From NCBI GenBank assembly GCA_051883415.1, contig JBJETR010000072.1:118217-182216 (forward strand): a stretch of 64,000 bases of DNA, written 5' to 3'. Of this stretch, positions 17,955 through 29,468 are shown one piece after another. Each line of letters begins with the position of its first letter. Position 1 is the first letter of the stretch. The notes under the pieces are model-generated. The model was not told the DNA's origin. It did not search any database and saw only the letters and a list, made by a program, of their open reading frames with translations. Position numbers and translations under genes: made by a program. Source of the DNA: Christensenellales bacterium. GTDB lineage: Bacteria > Bacillota > Clostridia > Christensenellales > UBA3700.

Positions 17955-18977
17955 ATGAGGAAAAACAAAAAGCTTACTAACGTCGACGGTATTGACAAAC
18001 TTCAATTCCAAAAAATCGCCGGCAAAGTGTCGCTAGTGACAATTATCGGTAATATGGTGCTATCGGCACTCAAACTTATTGCCGGTATTATTGCCCATTC
18101 TAGCGCTATGGTAAGTGACGCCGTGCATTCGGCATCCGACGTGTTTAGTACTTTCGTGGTCATCATAGGTATAAGATTAGCGTCGAAAAAACCTGATAAG
18201 GAGCACCCTTACGGTCACGAGCGTATGGAATGCGTAGCGGCAATAGTCTTGGCTATAGTGCTCTTTATAACGGGCTTAGGAATAGGCATAGAAGCAATTA
18301 AAAACATAGCCGGTGGCAACTACGGCGACTTGCAAACTCCGGGTGTTTTGGCGCTCGTTGCTGCAATCGTGTCAATCGTCAGCAAGGAAGGGATGTATTG
18401 GTATACCAGACATTATGCCAAGAAGATTGATTCTAGTGCGCTTATGGCGGACGCTTGGCATCACCGTTCGGATATGTTCTCGTCTATAGGTGCGTTGATA
18501 GGTATCGCGGGCGCAAGACTAGGTTTCCCTATCATGGACTCAATCGCCAGCCTCGTCATCTTCTTGTTTATTGCCAAAGCCGCCTTCGATATTTTCAAAG
18601 ACGCTATGGACAAAATGATAGACCGCTCTTGCGACGAAGAAACGGAAAAGCAAATAGCCGATTGTGTTGTCAAAAATCAAAACGTCAAAGGCATAGACCT
18701 ATTGCACACTCGCATATTCGGCAACAAAATCTACGTTGACTTGGAGATACAAGTGGATGGCTCTTATACCTTGAAGCAGGCTCACGGCATTGCCGAAACG
18801 GTGCACGACGATATCGAACGTAGCTTCCCTAAGATAAAACATATCTTGGTGCACGTAAATCCTGCAACCGAACAACTCTCCACTGCAAGTGATACGACGT
18901 TGATTGTCAACGAACAAATAGACACTACAACTGAGCAAGCCACACTTACCAACGACAAGCAGGAACAGTCAAAATAG
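17955..18977 (+). CDS. Cation diffusion facilitator (CDF) family divalent-metal efflux transporter
   Basis: CDF motifs (SSAMVSDAVHSASD, DAWHHRSD, and the C-terminal cytoplasmic domain HILVHVNP). Start taken at the ATG at 17955 after GGAGGTAACGTAT; the track start at 17919 is a GTG with no RBS. Confidence 0.9.
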   Translation: MRKNKKLTNVDGIDKLQFQKIAGKVSLVTIIGNMVLSALKLIAGIIAHSSAMVSDAVHSASDVFSTFVVIIGIRLASKKPDKEHPYGHERMECVAAIVLAIVLFITGLGIGIEAIKNIAGGNYGDLQTPGVLALVAAIVSIVSKEGMYWYTRHYAKKIDSSALMADAWHHRSDMFSSIGALIGIAGARLGFPIMDSIASLVIFLFIAKAAFDIFKDAMDKMIDRSCDEETEKQIADCVVKNQNVKGIDLLHTRIFGNKIYVDLEIQVDGSYTLKQAHGIAETVHDDIERSFPKIKHILVHVNPATEQLSTASDTTLIVNEQIDTTTEQATLTNDKQEQSK

Positions 18978-19003
18978 AATACTTTAAACTCAATCAAAAC
19001 AAA

Positions 19004-19034
19004 ATGCCGAATGTTAATCATTCGGCATTTTTAT
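19004..19034. terminator. Bidirectional rho-independent terminator between the CDF gene and the phosphatase gene
   Basis: ATGCCGAATG (19004..19013), 5-nt loop, CATTCGGCAT (19019..19028). TTTTT lies downstream and an A-rich run upstream. Confidence 0.85.
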
Positions 19035-19048
19035 TGACACGTATTGAT

Positions 19049-19498
19049 TTATCGTGCAAAAATTTGCTCTATCAAAGCATTACAGCCAAGCTCAATATCC
19101 TCATACGTTGTTTCAAAATCGCCCGTGTACCAAGGATCGGCTACATCGCGGTCAATTCCCGCCCAATCGAGCAGCTTGGTTATCTTGCCTTGCGGATCAC
19201 CGCCCAACATTCTATTGAGATTGGTGACGTTGTATCTGTCCATTGCAACTATATAGTCAAACTCGTCATAGTCTTGTTTCGTGATTTGTCTTGCACGCTT
19301 GCCCGAATAGTCTATGCCAAGTCTATCGAGTATGGCTCTCGTGCCGTAATGCACTCCGCTACCTATCTCCTCTCTCGACGTAGCCGAAGACTCGACCAAA
19401 GCTTTTATATTTCTTTCTTCTAATTTCTTTTTGGTCACGAATTCCGCCATTGGCGAACGGCATATATTGCCGTGACATACAAACATAATTTTTTTCAA
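19049..19498 (-). CDS. Low-molecular-weight protein-tyrosine phosphatase (or arsenate-reductase-like LMW-PTP)
   Basis: 149 aa. P-loop VCHGNICRSPMAE at the N-terminus and a DPWY-type Asp loop (VADPWYTGDF). Confidence 0.9.
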   Translation of the reverse strand: MKKIMFVCHGNICRSPMAEFVTKKKLEERNIKALVESSATSREEIGSGVHYGTRAILDRLGIDYSGKRARQITKQDYDEFDYIVAMDRYNVTNLNRMLGGDPQGKITKLLDWAGIDRDVADPWYTGDFETTYEDIELGCNALIEQIFAR

Positions 19499-19553
19499 GA
19501 CAAATCTCCTCTTAAGCGTTGTATTTTCAAATTTTGCAAGACTATATCGACAA

Positions 19554-19844
19554 CTATTCTACGATAACAGCCCTTGCGTCTACGCTATCTATTCTTTTGT
19601 GCATAATTGCTAGATATTCCTCCGAGGCAAAGCATGCGTCCAACGCCTGTCTAGAGGGGAATTTGATTATGATTACACGTTGAGGCTTCCTCTCGCTATG
19701 AAGCGAAGTTACCTTATCCGTTCTAACAAGATATTCTCCGCCATAGCTCTCTACGATAGGCTTTACCTCTCGTATATACTCGTCGTACGCACATCTTCCT
19801 TCTTTCTCGTCGATATAGGTATCAACGACAAAATAGCATTCCAT
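19554..19844 (-). CDS. DUF1330 domain protein
   Basis: 96 aa. The pattern Y..Y...V.P.+..YGG.YL.R........E.......I+I+FPS...A...+.S.EY resembles DUF1330, from memory. Confidence 0.65.
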   Translation of the reverse strand: MECYFVVDTYIDEKEGRCAYDEYIREVKPIVESYGGEYLVRTDKVTSLHSERKPQRVIIIKFPSRQALDACFASEEYLAIMHKRIDSVDARAVIVE

Positions 19845-19846
19845 AA

Positions 19847-20656
19847 TTACTTCCTCCTACAACACTCAACCGTCGTTGCAAACAACGGATTGGTCTTCCA
19901 CATAGGAGCGTTCAAACGCTCGCAAACTCTTTCCACTACCTCGGACAGTTGTATTCCCGAGTCTATGCTAACCACGATGCTCTCCAACTCATTTATCAAA
20001 TCTCTCGCATTAGCAATCTTTGACTTCATCTCGCTTTGAGAATAAATCTTATCCCACGCAGGATAGAAGGTAGTAATGTCGGACAATTCTTCTATTCTAT
20101 TAAGTGCACGTCTCGTTTGCTCTAGATTGACAAAGATAGGAATATCTCCTGCCACGGGCACGGTATCACCTATAAAAATCACGTCCCCTATACGATAAGA
20201 GAGTCCGTCGACGGAATGTCCCGCCGTTCCGATAACCTCAACGCAATCTTTTGGGGATAGAGGTATCGTATCCCCGTCCTTGACAACGCAGTCCACCTTG
20301 GTAGACTTCCCTGCCAAATTATAAAAGTTGGGAATTGGTCGCTCTTTAAATTGTAAATCTATATCTTCTATCCAAGGACGCTCCCCTTCGCTTGCATATA
20401 TTTTCGTACCGTATTTTTGCCTAAAATAATTGGCAGTACCGATATGGTCGGGATGAGCATGAGTTAAAAAGATAGCTTTCAACTGCGATGGCTGTCGTCC
20501 GCTCTCGAGTATAGTTTCTTCTATAATCTTCTCACTTCCCGCAACCCCGCTATCTATCAAATAGCATCCATCTTCATCGGACAAAAGATAAACGAAAACA
20601 TATCTTTTGATAGCCTGCGTTACGAAAAAATCAATTTTTATCTGTTGTACTTTCAT
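19847..20656 (-). CDS. MBL-fold metallo-hydrolase
   Basis: 269 aa with LTHAHPDHIG (the HxHxDH motif) and a downstream GHS motif. Ends 2 nt before the DUF1330 gene. Confidence 0.85.
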   Translation of the reverse strand: MKVQQIKIDFFVTQAIKRYVFVYLLSDEDGCYLIDSGVAGSEKIIEETILESGRQPSQLKAIFLTHAHPDHIGTANYFRQKYGTKIYASEGERPWIEDIDLQFKERPIPNFYNLAGKSTKVDCVVKDGDTIPLSPKDCVEVIGTAGHSVDGLSYRIGDVIFIGDTVPVAGDIPIFVNLEQTRRALNRIEELSDITTFYPAWDKIYSQSEMKSKIANARDLINELESIVVSIDSGIQLSEVVERVCERLNAPMWKTNPLFATTVECCRRK

Positions 20657-20827
20657 ATCGTCCTCACCCTATTCTTGCTAAATGCTCTCCTTGGTTCGCC
20701 AAGCTTTTTACAAAAATCACCTGCCATTCCGATACGGCAAATTCAAATACGCTACATGGTTATTTGATTTTTGCCGACCTGTATCGACTTTTTTGGTTTT
20801 TCTAACTGCCTAGTGTTTGGCTTTATT

Positions 20828-20859
20828 GGCAAAACTCACCGCACTTGGTATGCGGTGAG
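20828..20859 (-). terminator. Rho-independent terminator after nagB
   Basis: CTCACCGCA (20835..20843), 7-nt loop, TGCGGTGAG (20851..20859). The A-run at 20831..20834 gives the U-tract on the minus strand. Confidence 0.75.
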
Positions 20860-20892
20860 CTAAGTTGTTGCATTTGGTTGCCTATCGCTATA

Positions 20893-21621
20893 TTAGTTCA
20901 AAAGGCTAGCAGCCGCTTCGTCTACCACTACTACCACGTCGGGATGATTTTGCAATACGCTGGCAGGACATGCCGTATCGACTTGACCTTGCACCATTGC
21001 TTTGACGGCGTTAGCTTTGCCTTGTCCGCTGGCAAGCACCAAAATCTTCTTAGCATTCATAATATTGGCGATACCCATAGTGATTGCATGAGTTGGCACG
21101 TCTGCTATGCTATCAAAAAATCTTGCATTGTCGCTGCGAGTGCCTTCGTGAAGCTTGACAATATGAGTGGTACTGTCAAACGGAGTGCCAGGCTCGTTGA
21201 AGCCGATATGTCCGTTGCTACCTATACCAAGCACTTGCACGTCTTGTTGCATGGTTGCAAGCAGTGCCGTATAGTCGGCACACGCCTTATCGGGATCGCC
21301 CGTATTGCCGTCGGGCAAATTGACGTTCTCTTCCTCAATATCGATATGGTCGAAAAGATTGTCGTGCATAAAATAATAATAGCTTTGGTCGTGAGTCTTT
21401 GGCAATCCTACGTATTCGTCAAGATTGACGCTACGAGCATTCTTATAACTAACGTTGCCCGCCTCGTAATCGGCAACCATGTTTTTGTACATTCCGATAG
21501 GCGTAGAGCCCGTCGCCAATCCGAGTATTGCCTTGCCGAACGTATCTTGCATAACTTGTTTGATGACCTCGTAGGCTTTGGCACTCATTTCCGTATAATT
21601 TTTGGTAACGATAACTTTCAT
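20893..21621 (-). CDS. nagB: Glucosamine-6-phosphate deaminase
   Basis: 242 aa. NagB pattern (LGLATGSTP, LDEYVGL, GIGSNGHIGFNEPG). Confidence 0.95.
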   Translation of the reverse strand: MKVIVTKNYTEMSAKAYEVIKQVMQDTFGKAILGLATGSTPIGMYKNMVADYEAGNVSYKNARSVNLDEYVGLPKTHDQSYYYFMHDNLFDHIDIEEENVNLPDGNTGDPDKACADYTALLATMQQDVQVLGIGSNGHIGFNEPGTPFDSTTHIVKLHEGTRSDNARFFDSIADVPTHAITMGIANIMNAKKILVLASGQGKANAVKAMVQGQVDTACPASVLQNHPDVVVVVDEAAASLLN

Positions 21622-21887
21622 AATACTCTCCTTATTTGAGTTGCTGATATTAATATACGCATTATAAGCAAAAAAGTCAATATTTTGAGAGTTTCAAAGC
21701 ATAATTGAATATATCTTTTTTTTATAAAAATAGCGAAATCTTGCCGTTTTTGGGCAAAAAACAAAAAATTTGAAAAATTTGTTTGTTATATAGGTTGCAT
21801 TATGTTATTATATAAAATAATTGCTAACATAGGTTTTGCTAGAGTTTTTGGCTCAAAAACTCACGCAACGGCAAACGGGAGACGGAT

Positions 21888-23255
21888 ATGACCTTCAAAC
21901 AAGTACTAAAAAAATCAGACGAATATATTTCTCAGCTCAGCGACCTCGCCTTTAAGTGCGACCAAATTCAATCGGAGCTCTACGACCAATACAAGGTATT
22001 TAGAGGTCTAAGAGACAAAAACGGTGTGGGCGTAGTTACGGGTTTGACCGAGATCTCCGAGATGAACGGTTTTGCTGTCAACGAAAAGGGCGAAAGAGTA
22101 CCTATCGAAGGCGAGATGTTCTATCGTGGTATCAATATCTACGACCTCGTCAAAGGCTTCAACGGCAAGAGATACGGCTATGAAGAATGTGCGTATCTAC
22201 TCTTGTGCGGCTCTTTGCCTACCCAAAAACAACTTGAAGACTTTACCAAATTATTGAGCATGTATCGCAAACTCCCCGAGAGCTTCGTTCGTGACATAAT
22301 TCTCAAAGCGCCTTCTAAGGATATGATGAATGCGCTTGCCAGAAGCGTGCTGACATTGTACTCTTACGACAGCAACCCCGACGATATTTCTATCAAAAAC
22401 GTTTTTCGTCAATCCATTCAGCTAATTGCGCTGATGCCTATGCTTGCCGTGTACAGCTACCAAGCCTACAATCACTATCACCTTGGCAAAAATTTGTATA
22501 TCCGCTACCCTAAAGACAACCTTTCTACTGCGGAGAATATCTTATATTTGCTCAAAGGTAGCAAGGGCTTTACGCAAGAAGAAGCAAGAATGCTCGATAT
22601 GTGTATGGTTTTGCAAGCCGAGCATGGTGGCGGTAACAACTCCACCTTTACTACACACGTAGTCACTTCTTCGGGCACCGACACCTACTCTTGCGTAGCT
22701 GCTTCGCTTGCTTCTCTCAAAGGTCCTCGTCACGGTGGCGCCAACCTCAAGGTTATCCAAATGCTCGACGATATTATGAAAAACGCAGACGATATCACCG
22801 AAGAAGGCATCGCCAACTATCTGCGTAAAATTCTCAACAAAGAGGCATTCGACGGTTCGGGACTAATCTATGGACTTGGACACGCCGTGTATTCTATCTC
22901 CGATCCAAGAGCCAATATTTTGCACGCCTATATTGACAACTATATGGCTAATAGATATCACAACAAGTTCCACCAACTCTATACTAGACTCCAAAAAATT
23001 GCGCCTAAGGTTATCAGCGAAAACAGAGTTATGTACAAGGGTGTAAGCGTAAATATAGACTTCTACACCGGCTACGTGTATAGATTGCTTGAGATACCTG
23101 AAGTGCTATTCACCCCAATCTTTGCCGTATCGAGAATAGTGGGCTGGTCGGCACATAGACTTGAAGAGCTCTCCAATAAAGGCAAGATTATCCGTCCTGC
23201 TTATATCGCCGTATCTCCGAGAAGAGAATACGTTGAACTCGAGGATAGAGATTGA
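21888..23255 (+). CDS. Citrate synthase (citrate/2-methylcitrate synthase family)
   Basis: 455 aa. Citrate synthase signature GLGHAVYSISDPRA, the catalytic His context AEHGGGNNSTF, and LKGPRHGGAN. Confidence 0.9.
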   Translation: MTFKQVLKKSDEYISQLSDLAFKCDQIQSELYDQYKVFRGLRDKNGVGVVTGLTEISEMNGFAVNEKGERVPIEGEMFYRGINIYDLVKGFNGKRYGYEECAYLLLCGSLPTQKQLEDFTKLLSMYRKLPESFVRDIILKAPSKDMMNALARSVLTLYSYDSNPDDISIKNVFRQSIQLIALMPMLAVYSYQAYNHYHLGKNLYIRYPKDNLSTAENILYLLKGSKGFTQEEARMLDMCMVLQAEHGGGNNSTFTTHVVTSSGTDTYSCVAASLASLKGPRHGGANLKVIQMLDDIMKNADDITEEGIANYLRKILNKEAFDGSGLIYGLGHAVYSISDPRANILHAYIDNYMANRYHNKFHQLYTRLQKIAPKVISENRVMYKGVSVNIDFYTGYVYRLLEIPEVLFTPIFAVSRIVGWSAHRLEELSNKGKIIRPAYIAVSPRREYVELEDRD

Positions 23256-23280
23256 TTATTGGTTATTATATGTTCATTTT

Positions 23281-23314
23281 ATTCTCACCGCTTTTGACGG
23301 TGAGAATTTTTTTA
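23281..23314 (+). terminator. Rho-independent terminator after citrate synthase
   Basis: ATTCTCACCG (23281..23290), 7-nt loop, CGGTGAGAAT (23298..23307), then TTTTTT. Confidence 0.9.
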
Positions 23315-23343
23315 TAAAATTTTGAAAACTTATTTTCAAATAT

Positions 23344-23372
23344 TTGACCTGATTTTTGGGCTTTGTTATAAT
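23344..23372 (+). promoter_or_regulatory. Sigma-A promoter of bioY (TTGACC-17 nt-TATAAT)
   Basis: TTGACC at 23344..23349 and TATAAT at 23367..23372. The first in-frame ATG (23382) lies only 9 nt after the -10. Confidence 0.65.
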
Positions 23373-23381
23373 GTCGGTGAT

Positions 23382-23981
23382 ATGAGAAACTCAAATGTGA
23401 CAACTATGACTACCAAAAATATTGCATCGATAGGACTCATGACCGCCGTCTTGTGTTTGCTCGGTCCTATCTCCCTTCCAATAGGTCCCGTACCTATTAG
23501 CTTGGGCACTTTCGGTATATATTTAGTATGCTATATACTTGGTTGGAAAAAGGGCGTTTTGTGCACGATAATGTACCTTCTTTTGGGAATGGTAGGTGTG
23601 CCTGTCTTCTCCAACTTCGGTTCGGGACTTGCCAAGTTGGTCGGACCTACGGGCGGTTACCTCATAGGTTACATACCAATGTCTTTGATAATAGGTCTTT
23701 TTGCCGACAAATTCCGCAACAACAAACCTATGCAGTTGGTCGGCATGGTATTGGGTACGATAGTGGTGTACGCAATAGGCACGGCTTGGTTGAGCGTATC
23801 GGCAAAACTCACCTTCGCCAAAGCACTCGCAGCAGGCGTAACGCCATTTATCGTTGGCGACGCAATCAAGATGATTATGGCTATGGTGCTCGGTATGCCT
23901 ATCAAATCAAGAGTCGCTCTGTTCAATCAACAACCAAACAAGGCTTTGGAAGAAGATAAGAGCGAAGAAGAAAACAAATAA
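23382..23981 (+). CDS. bioY: Biotin transporter BioY (ECF-type S component)
   Basis: BioY pattern (PISLPIGPVPISLGTFGIYL, VGPTGGYLIGY, PFIVGDAIK). The start is ambiguous: ATG at 23382 or 23406. The track start at 23322 is a TTG upstream of the promoter. Confidence 0.88.
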   Translation: MRNSNVTTMTTKNIASIGLMTAVLCLLGPISLPIGPVPISLGTFGIYLVCYILGWKKGVLCTIMYLLLGMVGVPVFSNFGSGLAKLVGPTGGYLIGYIPMSLIIGLFADKFRNNKPMQLVGMVLGTIVVYAIGTAWLSVSAKLTFAKALAAGVTPFIVGDAIKMIMAMVLGMPIKSRVALFNQQPNKALEEDKSEEENK

Positions 23982-24002
23982 AACTAAATTTGAATAGTAA
24001 AA

Positions 24003-24034
24003 ATGCGTATCGGTGAGATACGCATTTTTGTTTT
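24003..24034 (+). terminator. Rho-independent terminator after bioY
   Basis: ATGCGTATC (24003..24011), 5-nt loop, GATACGCAT (24017..24025), then TTTTGTTTT. Confidence 0.88.
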
Positions 24035-24080
24035 ACGATTACTTTTGTGATTTTGTTCTCGTTGTCAATACCTTTTGACG

Positions 24081-24563
24081 TCAGTCCTTTTTGACGGTCT
24101 GCACCGTCATCAATATTGGCACAGCCAAAAACGCTATGCCCATAATCGTACCCGCAACAAAGATAAAGTATTGAAGCCCTGCAGACTTGAATATGTCCAT
24201 AAACTCATTGCAGATATCGCTAACCATAGGCACGTTGATGCCCTTCATCGCCCAAAAGCACCCTACGAAAGTACCAAAGAGCGGAAGGGTAAGAATGGTG
24301 CTATAAGTACAGTTGATGATAGCAAGAGTGTTTTTTACTTTGCCCTTGAAGGTGGTGGCAAAACGAGCAAAGAGCATAATGCCACACGCCATAGTGATGA
24401 CGATTACCACGTATTTTAAGAGCAATCTCAAATTGTCAAGGTAGGCTAAAAATGGTACGTTGAATACTTGTATCGTATGCAGAAGCGATAGCAGTCCCCA
24501 AACATTGAGAAGTACCGAGATGACAGCCATACTCGTCTGCAAAGTTAGCTTTTTCTTGTCCAT
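24081..24563 (-). CDS. Small polytopic membrane protein (~160 aa, about 4 TM), unknown function, translationally coupled to lacZ
   Basis: The ATG at 24563 lies 1 nt after the lacZ stop (24565..24567), with GGAGAA inside the lacZ 3' end. The hydrophobic segments are typical of TM helices. The longer track ORF (to 24662) overlaps lacZ and is unlikely. Confidence 0.6.
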   Translation of the reverse strand: MDKKKLTLQTSMAVISVLLNVWGLLSLLHTIQVFNVPFLAYLDNLRLLLKYVVIVITMACGIMLFARFATTFKGKVKNTLAIINCTYSTILTLPLFGTFVGCFWAMKGINVPMVSDICNEFMDIFKSAGLQYFIFVAGTIMGIAFLAVPILMTVQTVKKD

Positions 24564-24564
24564 A

Positions 24565-27675
<3,111 letters not shown>

Positions 27676-27772
27676 TTATTTACTCTAAATATTATATTAA
27701 CATAAAAATATGTAAATGGCAATATCTATTTTGAAACAAGCCCCTAGGGCAAGCTTATGGGATAATACGCAA

Positions 27773-27800
27773 TAAGACTCTCCGAGTGTGGAGAGTCTTA
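27773..27800 (-). terminator. Probable terminator hairpin after the methyltransferase gene
   Basis: TAAGACTCTCC (27773..27783), 6-nt loop, GGAGAGTCTTA (27790..27800). The trailing U-tract on the minus strand is weak (UUGCGUAUU). Confidence 0.5.
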
Positions 27801-27830
27801 TCTTTTCACTATGGTGTCTTTATTATTTTT

Positions 27831-28502
27831 TCATTTTATCGCAACGATAACTGCAAATTTTTGATTGCTATACACGCATTTGACTATATCGAATTGACTA
27901 TTTTTCAGCATATTCACCTCGGTTTCTACCGAGCATTCCTTATCTAGCAATCGTCTTTGGCGCCACAACTCTATATCTCTCTCGGTAAGATTGCTTTGTT
28001 GTAACTTTGTTATCCAAGTGGCGTCGTACCACTCGTTGAGTGTAGCTTCTCCTGCCGAGAATTGGTCGTAGTTGACTAGCATTCCGCCCTTTGGCAATCT
28101 ATCGTATATCTTCTCAAACAACTCTTTCTTTTGTTGGTCTTCCAAATGGTGTATGGAGAGTGCCGAAATAATTACGTCAAAGTCGCTATCCGGCAAGCCT
28201 TGCGTATAGTCGCCCACTAGGTATTGCACTCTGTCGTCGCCCTCAAACCTAAGGCGTGCTACGTCCAACATATCTTCCGCAAGGTCAACCAGAGTAAAGC
28301 TCGTATGCTTACATTTTTCTTGCCAAAAGCTCGTCAACAAGCCCGTACCTGCACCCAAGTCGACTACTCTCTCGGGCTCGCCGTAGTTGGATATAATAAA
28401 GTCGGTTGCCCCTTCGTAAAAATCTTGAAAGCACGGTATAAAAATCTTGCGTTTGGCATCGTATTCTTTGGCAATCATATTGAATTGACTGCGAATATCC
28501 AT
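27831..28502 (-). CDS. Class I SAM-dependent methyltransferase, substrate unknown
   Basis: 223 aa. Motif I VVDLGAGTGLLT, a post-I acidic residue (LVDLAEDM) and IISALSIHHL. The ATG lies 1 nt after the trxB stop. Confidence 0.85.
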   Translation of the reverse strand: MDIRSQFNMIAKEYDAKRKIFIPCFQDFYEGATDFIISNYGEPERVVDLGAGTGLLTSFWQEKCKHTSFTLVDLAEDMLDVARLRFEGDDRVQYLVGDYTQGLPDSDFDVIISALSIHHLEDQQKKELFEKIYDRLPKGGMLVNYDQFSAGEATLNEWYDATWITKLQQSNLTERDIELWRQRRLLDKECSVETEVNMLKNSQFDIVKCVYSNQKFAVIVAIK

Positions 28503-28503
28503 A

Positions 28504-29424
28504 TCAGCCCCTCACGTACTCCACTGCACCGAGTGCGGCAACGGTGCCGTCGGCTACTGCCGTGGTGAGTTGACGGATATGCTTGACTCTGCAATCTCCC
28601 GCTACCCATACGCCGTCCAGATTGGTTTTGCAATCTTCGCCCGCTAATATATATCCTTGGTCGTCCATATCTACTTGACCTTGCAACATATCGGTATTAG
28701 GTATCTTTCCAATAGCCACGAATAGTCCGCTCACGTCTAGTCGTCTGCTACCACCTTGCTTATCCTTGACGATTACGCCTTGTAGGCAATCTTCGCCCTC
28801 CAAGGCATCTACCGTATAGCCGAGCACAAATTCTACGTTAGCCTTGCTCCTAAGCTGTTCCACCTTGATTTGCTCGGCTCTAAACTCGTTCCTGCGATGT
28901 ACCAAATACACTTTGGAGCAACGCTCAGCCAAAAAGAGTGCGTCGTCGATAGCGGTATTGCCACCACCCGATACGGCAACGGCTTTGCCCGCAAAGAAGG
29001 CGCCGTCGCATATAGCGCAATAGCTTACGCCACAGCCGAACAAGTCCTCTTCTTTTTTTACGCCGAGTTCTCTCGACTTAGCGCCGACTGCTATAATTAC
29101 GCTCTTTGCCTGATAGGTAGCGTTGCGAGTTGTTACCGTCTTGACGTCGCCGACAAGTTGCACCGACCTCACGTTTTCACGCCTTATTTCCGCACCCAAA
29201 GCCTTGGCTTGCTCAGCCAAATCGTCGGAGTATTGCATTCCGCTGATTTTGGCTATAGCGGGATAATTCTCTATCTCGGGTGTATTGCGGATTTGACCGC
29301 CCACCGCCATTGCTTCTAGCACAAGAGCTTTTTTGCCCGCTCTTTGCAAGTATATCGATGCGGTAAGACCTGCCGGTCCTGCGCCTATAATTATTGTATC
29401 GTACATATCTCTCCTATAAGACAA
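28504..29424 (-). CDS. trxB: Thioredoxin-disulfide reductase (low-Mr, NADPH type)
   Basis: 306 aa. FAD motif IIIGAGPAGLTA, redox CAICDG, NADPH motifs GGGNTAIDDA and HRRNEFRA, and C-terminal GDC. Confidence 0.93.
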   Translation of the reverse strand: MSYRRDMYDTIIIGAGPAGLTASIYLQRAGKKALVLEAMAVGGQIRNTPEIENYPAIAKISGMQYSDDLAEQAKALGAEIRRENVRSVQLVGDVKTVTTRNATYQAKSVIIAVGAKSRELGVKKEEDLFGCGVSYCAICDGAFFAGKAVAVSGGGNTAIDDALFLAERCSKVYLVHRRNEFRAEQIKVEQLRSKANVEFVLGYTVDALEGEDCLQGVIVKDKQGGSRRLDVSGLFVAIGKIPNTDMLQGQVDMDDQGYILAGEDCKTNLDGVWVAGDCRVKHIRQLTTAVADGTVAALGAVEYVRG

Positions 29425-29468
29425 AAGTAAGTGCTAAGACTTACTTTTGTCGACCTGTATTGAGTTTT

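Noticed and set aside
20771-20796. Shared motif CGACCTGTAT(C/T)GA(C/G)TTTTTT at 20775..20796 and 29450..29471 (18 of 22 identical)
   Set aside because: My back-of-envelope estimate is that hundreds of 18/22 matches are expected by chance among all position pairs in 64 kb on both strands. The T-run also inflates the match. There is no palindromic or direct-repeat logic strong enough to call a binding site.
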